Shown piece by piece: positions 53,482-63,560 of a stretch of DNA of 64,000 nt. Position 1 is the stretch's first letter; every line of letters begins with the position of its first letter. Both the position numbers and the translations under genes were made by a program. The stretch comes from Desulfosalsimonas sp. (GTDB lineage: Bacteria > Desulfobacterota > Desulfobacteria > Desulfobacterales > Desulfosalsimonadaceae). The notes under the pieces are model-generated. The model was not told the DNA's origin. It did no database searches and saw nothing but the letters and a program-made list of their open reading frames with translations. Location: the NCBI RefSeq assembly GCF_046483245.1, contig NZ_JAWODO010000041.1, forward strand, positions 3,836 to 67,835. The letters run 5' to 3'.

Positions 53482-56160
53482 TTACGGATTGCCTGCGTCA
53501 GAATTCCCGGACCGGCTTGCGGATTGGCCCAGAAGTTTCTGCCGCAGTTGGTACAGTAGGTTCATGGCGTCCATGGGGGTCAGGTGTTCCACCTCGGCCT
53601 GCCTAAGGCTCTCGATCACGTCCTGCTCGGGGCCCTGAAACAAGGGCAGCTGCACAAATCTTTGCTGAACCCGGGTGCGCCGCGCCGGCGCAGCTGCCTC
53701 CCTACCCAGGACATGACCCTGTTTTTCCACATTCTCCAATACTTTTTTGGCACGCTCAACAACTTTTTCCGGCATCCCCGCAAGGCGCGCCACTTCAATT
53801 CCATAGCTGCGGTTGGTGCCGCCTTCAGCCAACTGGTGAAGGAAAATAATCTCGTCGTTGATTTCACGCACCGCGATATTGTAATTCTTCACCCGCCTGC
53901 GGACCCGGTGCAATTCCGTGAGTTCATGATAATGGGTGGCAAACATGGATTTCACCCCTGTGTCATCCAGGTCATGGAGATATTCGGCCACAGCCCACGC
54001 AATGCTCAGGCCGTCAAAGGTGGACGTACCCCGGCCGATTTCATCCATGATGACAAGGCTCCGGGAAGTGGCATTGTTCATGATGTTGGCGGTTTCCTCC
54101 ATTTCCACCATAAACGTGCTCTGACCCTGGGATAGATTGTCCAGGGCCCCAACACGGGTAAAAATCCGGTCCGTGACAGCAATATCGGCCCGGTCTGCAG
54201 GCACAAAAGAGCCCATCTGCGCCATGAGCACGATCAGGGCAGCCTGGCGCAGCACCGTGGATTTACCGGCCATGTTCGGTCCTGTGATGATCAGCACCTG
54301 ATTTTCCCGGTTATCCATCCGGAGGCTGTTGGGAACAAACCGTTCTGCCTCAATGAGTTTTTCCACCACCGGATGGCGGCCTTCGGCAATATCGATCACA
54401 CCCTGCTCGTTGATGGCGGGCCGGACATATTGGTTCTGCACCGCGGCCTCGGACAGGCCGTTGAGCACATCGATTTGGGCCACGAATGCAGCGGCTGCGG
54501 CCACGGCCTTATGGGTTTGCGCCACCGCGTCGCGAAGTTTGCAGAAAATTTCGTACTCCAGGAATGCGCGCTGCTCCTGGGCGCCGAGAACCTTTGCTTC
54601 AAAGGATTTTAACTCATCGGTGATATAGCGCTCGGCATTGACCAGGGTCTGCTTGCGCACATAATGGGCGGGCACGGCATCCGCCTGGCTTTTGGACACC
54701 TCGATATAATAACCGAAAACCTTATTGTAGCGAACCTTGAGGGTCTGGATACCGGTTGCTTGTTTTTCCCGGGCTTCAAGCTCGGCCAGAAAGGATTTGC
54801 CGTCTCTGGCAATGGCAATGAGTTCATCAAGATTGTCGTCATAGCCGGTGCGGATCATGCCACCTTCGTTGACCACGGGCGGCGGGTCATCGACCACCGC
54901 GGCGGCAATGGTTTGGCCCAGGCCGGTCAACTCCGGCAGAATCGACGTATCCGGGCACAAAAGATCCGTGCTGAATCCGGCCAGGTGCCCGTGGATCTCC
55001 GGCAATGCCTCAATGGAGCGCCGCAGGGCCACAAGATCCCTTGCATTAGCCTGGCCCATAACGATTTTGCTGCCCAGCCGCTCCAAATCCGCCACGGATT
55101 TCAGGGACGCGCGAATGGCCTTTCGCTCCATGCCGCATGCCGCCAGCTGATCCACAGCCTCGTGCCGGGCCGCCATGTCACCGCCCCCCAGAAGGGGATA
55201 TCGGATCCAGTGCTTGATCAGCCGGCCGCCCATGGCCGTGATGGTAAAGTCCAGCACCGAAAGCAAGGTGGCCTTTCGGGTGCCGTCTCGTAAATTGGCC
55301 AGCAGCTCAAGATTGCGGCAGGAGATATCGTCTATCTGCAGGTACTGGTCCAGAAAATAGGTTTCAAGACCCGACAGATGGGCGATCTGCTGTTTCTGGG
55401 TCTCCTGGACGTAAAACAGCAGGGCGCCGGCAGCGCCAATTCCGGCTTTGAGGCCTTCACAGCCGAAGCCCTCCAGGCTTCGGGTCTGGAACTGACGGAT
55501 CAGGCGCTGGCGCGCCGGTTTGTAATCGCAGGCCCCGTCATCCATCCAGGTAATTGCGGACTGCTCAAACGAGGTGCAAAAAATTTCATAGCCATCGCCG
55601 GTCCGGGCGGCTGCAGGCATCAGGATTTCACTGGGGGCGATGCGCCTGATTTCTTCCAGCAGCGCATGCACATCACCGCTTTCCGTGACCCGGAAGGCCC
55701 CTGTGGACAGGTCCAGGCAGGAAAGCCCCCACCGGGAGGCCCGGCCGAGGATGGAGACAATAAAGTTGTTGGTGCGTGCATCGAGCAGATCGCTATTTAA
55801 TACCATTCCGGGGGTGACCACACGCACCACTTCCCGCTTGACCAGCCCCTTTGCCGCAGCCGGATCCTCGGTCTGTTCGCAGATGGCCACCTTGTAGCCT
55901 TTTTCAATCAGGCGCCCCAGATAAATTTCAGCGGCCTTGACCGGCACTCCGCACATGGGCACCGGTTTTTTTTCGTTCTTGTTTCTGGATGTCAGGGTGA
56001 TTTCCAGCTCACGGGCGGCAGTATGGGCATCATCGAAAAACATCTCGTAGAAATCGCCCATCCGGTAAAACAGCAGATAATCGGTGTACTGCTCCTTGAT
56101 ATCCAGGTACTGGCGCATCATGGGCGTCATTTGTGCATCGCTGGTTTGCCGGCCGGTCAT
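53482..56160 (-). CDS. mutS: DNA mismatch repair protein MutS
   Basis: 'TPMMRQYLDIK', Walker A 'GPNMAGKST', 'MDEIGRGTST' and 'ATHYHELT'. The start may be the internal ATG of 'MTPMM' (56130). Confidence 0.97.
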   Translation of the reverse strand: MTGRQTSDAQMTPMMRQYLDIKEQYTDYLLFYRMGDFYEMFFDDAHTAARELEITLTSRNKNEKKPVPMCGVPVKAAEIYLGRLIEKGYKVAICEQTEDPAAAKGLVKREVVRVVTPGMVLNSDLLDARTNNFIVSILGRASRWGLSCLDLSTGAFRVTESGDVHALLEEIRRIAPSEILMPAAARTGDGYEIFCTSFEQSAITWMDDGACDYKPARQRLIRQFQTRSLEGFGCEGLKAGIGAAGALLFYVQETQKQQIAHLSGLETYFLDQYLQIDDISCRNLELLANLRDGTRKATLLSVLDFTITAMGGRLIKHWIRYPLLGGGDMAARHEAVDQLAACGMERKAIRASLKSVADLERLGSKIVMGQANARDLVALRRSIEALPEIHGHLAGFSTDLLCPDTSILPELTGLGQTIAAAVVDDPPPVVNEGGMIRTGYDDNLDELIAIARDGKSFLAELEAREKQATGIQTLKVRYNKVFGYYIEVSKSQADAVPAHYVRKQTLVNAERYITDELKSFEAKVLGAQEQRAFLEYEIFCKLRDAVAQTHKAVAAAAAFVAQIDVLNGLSEAAVQNQYVRPAINEQGVIDIAEGRHPVVEKLIEAERFVPNSLRMDNRENQVLIITGPNMAGKSTVLRQAALIVLMAQMGSFVPADRADIAVTDRIFTRVGALDNLSQGQSTFMVEMEETANIMNNATSRSLVIMDEIGRGTSTFDGLSIAWAVAEYLHDLDDTGVKSMFATHYHELTELHRVRRRVKNYNIAVREINDEIIFLHQLAEGGTNRSYGIEVARLAGMPEKVVERAKKVLENVEKQGHVLGREAAAPARRTRVQQRFVQLPLFQGPEQDVIESLRQAEVEHLTPMDAMNLLYQLRQKLLGQSASRSGNSDAGNP

Positions 56161-56214
56161 AAAGGCTCATCCCCGATCCATTCCATCCCGGATCTCATTG
56201 AAAAACCTGATTCT

Positions 56215-56613
56215 TTACTTTTCGGGCTCAGCAGGAGGCTCCGCCTGGGGGTCAGCCGTGTCCTTCGGGCCGGCAGGCATAGCCGGGGCCTGCTGTGCCT
56301 TGCCTGCGGCCGCCAGCTCTGAGTCAAGCTCGGAAATCCTGCGGTCCTTGGCAGCAAGCTGCTCATTGAGCTGCCGGACTGTTTTGCGGGTCTTGAATTT
56401 CTTCGACAAACTCATAAAAAAGCACAGAAAAAAACCGATGAGAAACACCGCAAGGTAATATACGGCCGTAGGCAGTTCCGGCGAGGCGTATTTAAAAAAA
56501 TACAGGTTGAGCTTAAAGCTGCGCTCCACGAGGAAAAACCCTTTGTTCTGAAACACCACAATTGCTGCCAATACCACAATCAGCAGCCAGCAAACATACT
56601 TAAGCTTTTTCAT
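56215..56613 (-). CDS. LapA-domain (DUF1049)-like small membrane protein with a coiled-coil/Pro-rich tail
   Basis: The internal ATG at 56613 lies 7 nt after GGAGGA. The protein has two TM helices ('VCWLLIVVLAAIVVFQN', 'AVYYLAVFLIGFFLCFF') followed by 'LNEQLAAKDRRISELDSELAAA'. Confidence 0.55.
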   Translation of the reverse strand: MKKLKYVCWLLIVVLAAIVVFQNKGFFLVERSFKLNLYFFKYASPELPTAVYYLAVFLIGFFLCFFMSLSKKFKTRKTVRQLNEQLAAKDRRISELDSELAAAGKAQQAPAMPAGPKDTADPQAEPPAEPEK

Positions 56614-56777
56614 GCGCATATCCTCCAACAAGGCTTCCGGGTCTTTGGGCACCACAAAAAAACAGTGCCGGATGCAACTGCAATTTGTCAAATTCTGATG
56701 TGAAACTGCTATATTGTAACGTTTGCCGGAAAAACTCAACCGTTTTTTCAGCACCGGCCAGGGACAAAAAAACCAAA

Positions 56778-57947
56778 TCACCAGGCGCGGATCTGCGGCC
56801 GCATGCGCTCCGGGGCCAAATTTAAAAAATACTGATCCGTCATCCCTGCGATAAAATCCCGGACAATTTCAGCAGAGCAGTGCGCTGATATGTAATCTTC
56901 GGCCATATCGGCAATAAAATTGCGGTAAACAGGTGATTGTTTGTTGCCGGCTTCAATATCATTGAAAAACCGCTCAAACAGATGCTCAAACAAATGCTCA
57001 ATTTTGGGTGTGTCCTGCTTGATGGCCGGATTTGAATAGATCGCCTCGTAGTTAAATTGCTTCAGCCGCCGCAGAGCCCCGGAGATCTCCGGGCTGAAAG
57101 CCACGGCGTCGTGCTCATAGCTGGTGCGGATCACATCCGTGACAAGAGTATAGACAATGGTGCCGTTGGTATCGCCCAGGTGCTGCACGCAGTCCGCCGG
57201 CAGGTCCTTGCGCCGGATCAGGCCCAGACGGATGGCGTCTTCAATATCTCTGCCGATATAACTGATGGTGTCGGAAAAACGCACCACGCATCCCTCCAGG
57301 GTCATGGGCACCAGATCAACCGGCCGGCCGGATTTTTTTTCTGCGAGTTCCGCCTGATGGTCTTCAAAGGTTTTGCCCTGCACGGGCGCCAGGTGCCGGT
57401 TGTGAACCTCTCCGTCATGGCACAGAATGCCGTCTAACGTCTGGAGGCAGAGATTCCAGCCCCGGCCCTTTCGCTCGACTTTTTCCAGGAACTGAACGCT
57501 TTGCACGTTGTGATGATACTGCCCGATGCCAGCGGCCTGGCACAAGTTTGAAAGGAACCGTTCACCGTCATGGCCAAAGGGCGGATGACCGATGTCATGG
57601 CCGATGGCAACGGCCTCGATCAAATCTTCGTTTAATCCCAAAAACCGACCGATGGTCCGCGCCACCCTGGAAACCAGCTGCACGTGGAGCATGCGGTGGG
57701 TGATATGATCATTGCGGATCAGATAAAATACCTGGGTTTTATCAATATACCGGCTGTACGCCAAAGAATGCAGGATACGGTCCACATCCACGGCAAAGGG
57801 CTGCCGGTAATCGGTTTCCAGCTGTTTTTCCGGGCGCCTGCGAAGCCCCCCGGCGCTTTTGGCAGCCCCGGGTGAAAGGCTTTGCTGCTCCCGGTCGTCG
57901 AGCATCGCTGTCAACTCTTGCAGGGCGGGGAGCTCAGATCTCTGCAT
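56778..57947 (-). CDS. dGTP triphosphohydrolase-like HD-domain protein
   Basis: 'HVQLVSRVAR', 'AIGHDIGHPPFGHDGE' and 'DTISYIGRDIEDA'. The start is taken at 'MQRSEL'; an upstream alternative exists at 57998. Confidence 0.85.
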   Translation of the reverse strand: MQRSELPALQELTAMLDDREQQSLSPGAAKSAGGLRRRPEKQLETDYRQPFAVDVDRILHSLAYSRYIDKTQVFYLIRNDHITHRMLHVQLVSRVARTIGRFLGLNEDLIEAVAIGHDIGHPPFGHDGERFLSNLCQAAGIGQYHHNVQSVQFLEKVERKGRGWNLCLQTLDGILCHDGEVHNRHLAPVQGKTFEDHQAELAEKKSGRPVDLVPMTLEGCVVRFSDTISYIGRDIEDAIRLGLIRRKDLPADCVQHLGDTNGTIVYTLVTDVIRTSYEHDAVAFSPEISGALRRLKQFNYEAIYSNPAIKQDTPKIEHLFEHLFERFFNDIEAGNKQSPVYRNFIADMAEDYISAHCSAEIVRDFIAGMTDQYFLNLAPERMRPQIRAW

Positions 57948-58743
57948 TGGCGATCTTTTCCTCCATGATCCTGTAATAATCCATGCCAGCTGCGGCAAAG
58001 CCGGCTTTGCCGTATTTCATGTTGGCCTCAAGAACATATAATCTGTTGCCTGTCATGCAAATGTCAATGCCCACATCATCCCAACCGCAACAGCGAGCCG
58101 TATGCAGGGCCAGATCACGGGCGGATTCAGGCACGGGATCCAGACTGATTTTGCCGCCGCAGCCCAGATTGGTCCGAAACTCGCCCTGTGCGGCAATGCG
58201 CCAGTAGGCATGGGCAACTTTATCGCCGATGACCACCACCCGAATATCCCGGTCAATGGGCAGATATTCCTGGATATAAGCGATATTGGTCAGCCCACAG
58301 TAAGCATCCAGGTCATCACGGCCGGCAATCAGAAACACGCCCCGGCCCAGGGCCGAACCCCGGGCAATTTTGCCCACAAAGGGAAACCGGAAATGCGACA
58401 GGATCTTTTCCGGCAGGCGCCTGCCGTAAAAGGTGCGGGTTCTGGGCCGGGGCAGATCAAGGATTTCAAACAGGGCGCTTTGCTTGATCTTGTCCTGAAC
58501 GAACCGATAGGTATGCACGCTCGGAAAAATCGATTTTCCGGTAGCTGCCAGCAAATCGGCATAAAAAGTGGAAGGATAATATATTTTCGGGGCATCCCGG
58601 ATCAATTCCGCCTCAGCCGGGGGATAATCGGAAAAATTGGGCCGCACCCCCAGGCAGGTCACATTGGAACAGGATCGCAGGTGAAGTTCAAGGCAGACGG
58701 CATTTGACGGGCGAGCCGTAGATCGAACATTATCTTGCTTCAA
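57934..58743 (-). CDS. ATP-grasp protein, RimK-like
   Basis: 'FVGKIARGSALGRGVF', 'IQEYLPIDRDIRVVVIGDKV', 'RTNLGCGG' and 'LEANMKYG'. Confidence 0.72.
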   Translation of the reverse strand: MKQDNVRSTARPSNAVCLELHLRSCSNVTCLGVRPNFSDYPPAEAELIRDAPKIYYPSTFYADLLAATGKSIFPSVHTYRFVQDKIKQSALFEILDLPRPRTRTFYGRRLPEKILSHFRFPFVGKIARGSALGRGVFLIAGRDDLDAYCGLTNIAYIQEYLPIDRDIRVVVIGDKVAHAYWRIAAQGEFRTNLGCGGKISLDPVPESARDLALHTARCCGWDDVGIDICMTGNRLYVLEANMKYGKAGFAAAGMDYYRIMEEKIANAEI

Positions 58744-59519
58744 GGCGCTGCATCCGTATTGCCGGGCAGTTCCGGGGAAAAGGCCCGGGCCGGTACGGCC
58801 GCATCCGCCCAGCAGCGCTCCACGCTCACCGACAGGCGATGGCCCGCTGCATCAGAGATCTGAAGTTCAAAGGGCATATCTCGTCCATCTGCAGACCGCA
58901 CCTCAAGGATTTCCGCCCGATAGGCAGTCCCCTGCCAGGTAAACATTTCCACTTCCCGAACACTGATGGGTTCAGTGGAAAACCGGATGCGCTGTACGGT
59001 TCCGGAAAACCGTTTTTTGAGCACCAGCATTGGATCACCGCCAAGCATTTGATAGGCGGCAGCCGTGTCATGATCCGCTATGGGAACCCCGCCGCCGAGC
59101 AGCAGTGCAAGATCATCCACATCAATATCCACCCCGGCAAGCCGGCCCAGGCTTCGCCGACCGGTATCCCTGCGCCGGACCTCCCCGTCTTCCGGAAAGT
59201 GGAAGGAGCACAAATCCGGGCCGCAGATAATCTTGACAAAGGGCTGGCCGGCAAGGCCCATGGCTTCAATCCGGAAACGCCCCCCTGGCGCGCCAAGCCA
59301 CGCCGCACGAACAGACCATGAACCGCTGTCATCGTCCACTCCGATTCGGCCGACGGCCTTATAGGGGGTCATTGCCTCATTTGCTTCCTGGATACGGGCA
59401 AGAAGGGATTCGGCTTTTCCCGCTTCCATCCGGGAAACGGCAGACGGCGGAGGTTTTTCCACAGAAGCGCAGGCCCCTGTGAGCAGAATCAAAAACAGCG
59501 CAATCAGGCGGCCCTTCAA
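58740..59519 (-). CDS. Outer-membrane lipoprotein, LolB/DUF4292-like
   Basis: Lipobox 'LLTGAC', size and a beta-rich sequence. It has 4-nt overlaps with both neighbouring genes. Confidence 0.55.
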   Translation of the reverse strand: MKGRLIALFLILLTGACASVEKPPPSAVSRMEAGKAESLLARIQEANEAMTPYKAVGRIGVDDDSGSWSVRAAWLGAPGGRFRIEAMGLAGQPFVKIICGPDLCSFHFPEDGEVRRRDTGRRSLGRLAGVDIDVDDLALLLGGGVPIADHDTAAAYQMLGGDPMLVLKKRFSGTVQRIRFSTEPISVREVEMFTWQGTAYRAEILEVRSADGRDMPFELQISDAAGHRLSVSVERCWADAAVPARAFSPELPGNTDAAP

Positions 59520-61333
59520 GGCGACACCTCCTGCTGCCGGAGCGCATCCATTTTTTCCTTTACGGCATCCGCTTCTTCAGAGCCGTTTTCCAGGGCCTTT
59601 TTATAATATTCCAGGGCACGGCCGGGCTGATCGGTTTTGCGGTAGACATCGCCCAGATGCTCCAAAATAACGGGATCATCGCCGATTTTTTCAACAGCCT
59701 TTTCCAGATACTTGCGGGCCTTTTGATAATCGCCCTGCCGATAATGCACCCATCCCATGGAATCCAGGATGTGGCCGCTTTCCGGCTCCAGTTCCAGGGC
59801 CCGGCGGACCAAAGCCTCGGCCTCCTCCAGGTGGATGTCTTGATCGGCATAGGTGTATCCGAGATAGTTCAGGGCGTCTGCGTTTTCCGGGTCCTTTTCG
59901 ATGACCTGCTTCATTTTTTCAATTGCAGCGTGAACATTGCCCATTTTTTCGTAGAGCACCCCGAGTTCATAGAGCAATTCGGTGCTCCCGGGATTAATGG
60001 AAAGCCCCTGCTGCAAAAGCGATTCAGCCTGCCGGTAATGCTCCTGTTCCTGATAAAATGCACTCAAATACGGAATCAGACTTGCCTTTCCGGCGCTGTC
60101 GCTTTTTTCCATGGCTGATTCAAGCAGCCCGACAGCCTTCCCGGTCTTGGACTCCCGGTTGTAAATAATGGCCTGGTGGATCATGGCATCAATGTAAAAA
60201 TCGCTGTCAGACGCCACCTGCCGGAAATGGTCCATGGCAGGACCTGTTTTGTCGGAAAGGTAAAGGGCTGCCCCGGCCAGATAATGCAAAGCGGAATTCT
60301 GCGGGTCATGTTCCAAAACGCCTGACAGGGCGATTATGGCGTCATCATATCGCTGCCGGCCCAGCATCCCGGTAACGGCCTTGATCACATCCGAATCAGG
60401 CCCGGCGCTTCCGGCGAGATCCTCCCAGATTGCGCGGGCCTTATCCGCCCGGCCCTGTTTTTTATAAAAAACCCCGAGTTCAAGGGCAGCGGCTGCATTG
60501 CGTGGATCGCGTTCAAGAATGGCCTGGTACTGGGAAGCCGCCTTGCCCTCTTTACCCTGGCGCCTGTAAATATCAATGAGCGCAGCACGCGGTTCCATTA
60601 AATCCGGCTCAATGGACAGGCACCGCTGATAAGCGTCTGCAGCATCCTCGAGCCGGCCCAGTTCATTGTAGGCCCGGCCCAGATAATAAAACCCCATATA
60701 ATTTCCCGGAAACCGCTCCACAAAATCCATCATCAATTCTGCAGCCCGGTTGAACTGCTCCTGCTGCAGATAAAGCCGGGCCAGCATCAGGGCAATGTTT
60801 TCCCGTTCCGGCGCATTTTCGACAACCTTTTCATAAGCCTGCCGGGCTGCATCCAGTTCTCCGGCACTCTGCCAGAGGGAACCGGCGACGATCAGCGACT
60901 CTGTGTTGTCCGGATCCTGACCCAGGGCCTCCTTGATAATTTCCAGGGCTTTATCCTTCCTGCCCTGCTTGATGTAGAGCATGGCAAGCTCTTTTTTGAC
61001 AACCGCCTGATCCGGGACCTTGTCAACAGCGTCTTTCATAAAGGCCACGGCCTCTTCCAACCGACCGGAGCGGGCAGCGAGCTGCGCGCGTAAAAAATCA
61101 TAATAATGGCTGACCGGCCGCTGTTGCCCCCCAGCAGGCGAAGTGATGTCAGGAGGGGGTTGAGCAGCCGGTACCGAAGGCCCGGGGTGGTGATCCCTGC
61201 CCGCGCATCCGGCAGTGAGGACAGCAGTTATAACCATTAAACCCCCGAACAGAGCAAACGTGCGGATCCCGAGGCGGGGCGCCGGGCTTGAATTCCTGGG
61301 CGTTTCACTTGTTGCGGCGCCTGAAAGCCGCAT
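59516..61333 (-). CDS. TPR-repeat lipoprotein
   Basis: Lipobox 'LTAGC' followed by at least 12 TPR units ('YYLGRAYNELGRLEDAADAYQRCLSIEP' and others). The start is taken at the ATG 5 bp after the rpoH stop. Confidence 0.85.
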   Translation of the reverse strand: MRLSGAATSETPRNSSPAPRLGIRTFALFGGLMVITAVLTAGCAGRDHHPGPSVPAAQPPPDITSPAGGQQRPVSHYYDFLRAQLAARSGRLEEAVAFMKDAVDKVPDQAVVKKELAMLYIKQGRKDKALEIIKEALGQDPDNTESLIVAGSLWQSAGELDAARQAYEKVVENAPERENIALMLARLYLQQEQFNRAAELMMDFVERFPGNYMGFYYLGRAYNELGRLEDAADAYQRCLSIEPDLMEPRAALIDIYRRQGKEGKAASQYQAILERDPRNAAAALELGVFYKKQGRADKARAIWEDLAGSAGPDSDVIKAVTGMLGRQRYDDAIIALSGVLEHDPQNSALHYLAGAALYLSDKTGPAMDHFRQVASDSDFYIDAMIHQAIIYNRESKTGKAVGLLESAMEKSDSAGKASLIPYLSAFYQEQEHYRQAESLLQQGLSINPGSTELLYELGVLYEKMGNVHAAIEKMKQVIEKDPENADALNYLGYTYADQDIHLEEAEALVRRALELEPESGHILDSMGWVHYRQGDYQKARKYLEKAVEKIGDDPVILEHLGDVYRKTDQPGRALEYYKKALENGSEEADAVKEKMDALRQQEVSP

Positions 61334-61337
61334 GATG

Positions 61338-62342
61338 TTACTCGTTTTCCTCGGGATATTCATAGGCGGCGAAGTCCGGAATCTCTTTTTCGAAAAAAAC
61401 CCTCATTTTCTTGACAATATTTTTTTCCAGCTGCCGCACCCGCTCCCGGGAGATCTGGTACTTGTCCCCGATGTCCTGAAGGGTATCGGGAGTATCGGTG
61501 AATATGCGCCGCTGAAAAATATCCAGCTCCCGCTCTGAAAGTTGCTTTTTAAAATCCCCGAGCTTTTCGCGCAGCAGGGACTCGACTTCCTTGCGGGCCA
61601 CCTGGGATTCAATGGACTCGGTATCCGAACTAAAAAAATCGCCCCGCTCGGTGTCCGAGTCATCCTTTAATGGCTCATCCAAAGACACATCCCAGCCGTC
61701 AAGGCGCAGATCCATGTCCCGCACTTCCTGCTCGGAGACGCCCAGCCGGCTGGAAAGCAGCTTTGTCTCCGGGGCAAAACCCTGCTCCACAAGTTTCTGT
61801 TTTTCCTTTTTGAGCTTAAAAAACAGCTTCCGCTGACCCTGGGTGGTGCCGATCTTGACCAGGCGCCAGTTGTCCATGATAAATTTCAGAATATAGGCCT
61901 TGATCCAGAAGGCTGCATAATAGGAAAACTTGACGTTCTTGTAGGGATCAAACTTCTGCACCGCATGCATCAGGCCGATATTGCCCTCCTGGATCAAATC
62001 CATAAGATTCTGCATCCAGGTGCGCTGAAACTCCATGGCAATCTTGACCACCAGCCGAAGATTGGATGTGGCCAGAATATAAGCCGCATCCGGATCCCCT
62101 TCCTCCTGCAGGCGCCGGCCAAGTTCAACCTCCTGCTCCCGGGTCAGCAGGGGATACCGGCTGATCTCGGAAAGATACCGCTGGAGCGGGTCATAGGGGA
62201 CCAGTTGACCCTGCTCACCGGGCAGAGACACGGCCTGTTTCAGCCTCCGGGTGGTTGCCGAATCGCTGCCGCCGTCCGTGTCGCTGTCGGACAGGCCATT
62301 TTCCGGATTTTCAATATGATCGGTTGGCTTCTGCTTGCTCAT
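61338..62342 (-). CDS. rpoH: RNA polymerase sigma factor, RpoH (sigma-32) type, with an acidic N-terminal extension
   Basis: Region 2 'NLRLVVKIA...GNIGLMHAVQKFDP...FWIKAYI', an RpoH-box-like 'QRKLFFKLKKEK' and region 4.2 'LQDIGDKYQISRERVRQLE'. Confidence 0.85.
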   Translation of the reverse strand: MSKQKPTDHIENPENGLSDSDTDGGSDSATTRRLKQAVSLPGEQGQLVPYDPLQRYLSEISRYPLLTREQEVELGRRLQEEGDPDAAYILATSNLRLVVKIAMEFQRTWMQNLMDLIQEGNIGLMHAVQKFDPYKNVKFSYYAAFWIKAYILKFIMDNWRLVKIGTTQGQRKLFFKLKKEKQKLVEQGFAPETKLLSSRLGVSEQEVRDMDLRLDGWDVSLDEPLKDDSDTERGDFFSSDTESIESQVARKEVESLLREKLGDFKKQLSERELDIFQRRIFTDTPDTLQDIGDKYQISRERVRQLEKNIVKKMRVFFEKEIPDFAAYEYPEENE

Positions 62343-62600
62343 AATCTTTGGGCTATCATCGAATTTTTTCGCCTGGCACCGGTGAGTGCAACAATCGCGG
62401 TCTTTGCCATAAAATACATATAATAAGTTTTTTCCCGCAAGATCTCAACCTTATTGAATCGCTCAGTTTGGGTAAAGCGATTTTGCCGTTGTGGCAGAAG
62501 TGCCCTTTTTATAATGGACAAAAGCATTTTCTAATGGTAAAAAAATTTTTCCCCATTCTCAAGGATTTTACCTGTCAATCAGTGAAGATCCAGAGTATGC

Positions 62601-62677
62601 GCGCCTGTAGCTCAGCCGGACAGAGCAACGGACTTCTAATCCGTAGGCCGCAGGTTCGAATCCTGCCAGGCGCGCCA
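62601..62677 (+). tRNA. tRNA-Arg (anticodon UCU)
   Basis: 77-nt cloverleaf: acceptor GCGCCTG/CAGGCGC, D-arm GCTC..GAGC, anticodon stem ACGGA/TCCGT with loop CT-TCT-AA, T-arm GCAGG-TTCGAAT-CCTGC, and an encoded CCA. Confidence 0.93.
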
Positions 62678-62761
62678 ATCGGGTTTTCCCCCAGACCTTG
62701 CTGCCGCAGCATCTGCGCCCGAAACAAAGAGGGGCTATGCACCGGCGGTATTACTTATATT

Positions 62762-63379
62762 TCAGGAAGCATTGCGCGCATGGATAAGGGTCCAGTATCC
62801 CAGCAGGTTTACAGGGCAGGTCTCCACAACCTGGAGCGGATTCTGCGCAAGAAACGCCTCCAGTGAAAAACGGGGACGAAATCCAAGCAGGCTTTTGAAG
62901 GGCAGCATAACCGTTTCCACCATCCTCGGAATCAGATGCGGGTTGCTGAAATGATTGACCACGAAAATATCGCCCCCGGGTTTGCACACCCGCCGGATTT
63001 CCTCCATCATTTTTGCAGGCTCAGGCACCACGGTCACAACGTACATGACCGCCACCTTATCAAAGCTATTATCGGCAAAACTCATGCTCTGGGCGTCCAT
63101 CAGAGACAAACTCCGGCTGCCGTCGCCATTTCCGTTTGTATAATTTCTGGCATACCAGAGCATGTGCGGTGAAATGTCAATGCCTACAACCGAGACGTCT
63201 TTGGGATAAAGCGGCAAAGAAAGCCCGGTACCCACGCCCACTTCCAGAATCCGCTGGCCCGGGGCAAAATTCATTTTCCCGATAAGCGCCCGGCGGCCGT
63301 GCTCAAAAACTTTTCCAAAAATCCGGTCATAATTTCCGGCATAGCGCTTATATGCCTTTATAATCGCCTGATCATCCAT
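62762..63379 (-). CDS. Class I SAM-dependent methyltransferase (resembles Rhodobacter-type phospholipid N-methyltransferase PmtA)
   Basis: SAM motif I 'ILEVGVGTG', 'FDKVAVMYVVTVVPEP' and 'CKPGGDIFVVNHF'. The PmtA-like call comes from remembered block similarity only. Confidence 0.7.
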   Translation of the reverse strand: MDDQAIIKAYKRYAGNYDRIFGKVFEHGRRALIGKMNFAPGQRILEVGVGTGLSLPLYPKDVSVVGIDISPHMLWYARNYTNGNGDGSRSLSLMDAQSMSFADNSFDKVAVMYVVTVVPEPAKMMEEIRRVCKPGGDIFVVNHFSNPHLIPRMVETVMLPFKSLLGFRPRFSLEAFLAQNPLQVVETCPVNLLGYWTLIHARNAS

Positions 63380-63560
63380 TGTCTGACTCCAGGGCTTTTC
63401 CTTTTCGCGGCAGGAGGCCGCATGATTGCAAATTTGACAAATAAAACAAATTCATTTATTTAACCTTAAGCATGAACGCTATTTTATTATCAAAGATCCG
63501 CCCGGTTTGAAAGCGTTTTCTGCTTTCGCCCCTTTAACCCGCTTACATATGGAGGCTGAC

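Noticed and set aside
57934-58743. Idea that the RimK-like ATP-grasp glutamylates the unusual acidic tail of S6 (rpsF, 401-559, ending ...AAEEKE)
   Set aside because: The two genes are 57 kb apart in unrelated operons. The S6 tail is Ala/Pro/Gln-rich rather than a terminal poly-Glu acceptor like E. coli S6. Many RimK-like ligases have other substrates. Nothing in the sequence supports the link.
62374-62390. Sigma-54-like element TGGCACcggtgagTGCA
   Set aside because: The GG-to-GC spacing is one base longer than the strict -24/-12 spacing. It also sits just upstream of (about 30 bp beyond) the rpoH start codon, pointing away from that gene and towards tRNA-Arg. It is most likely chance.
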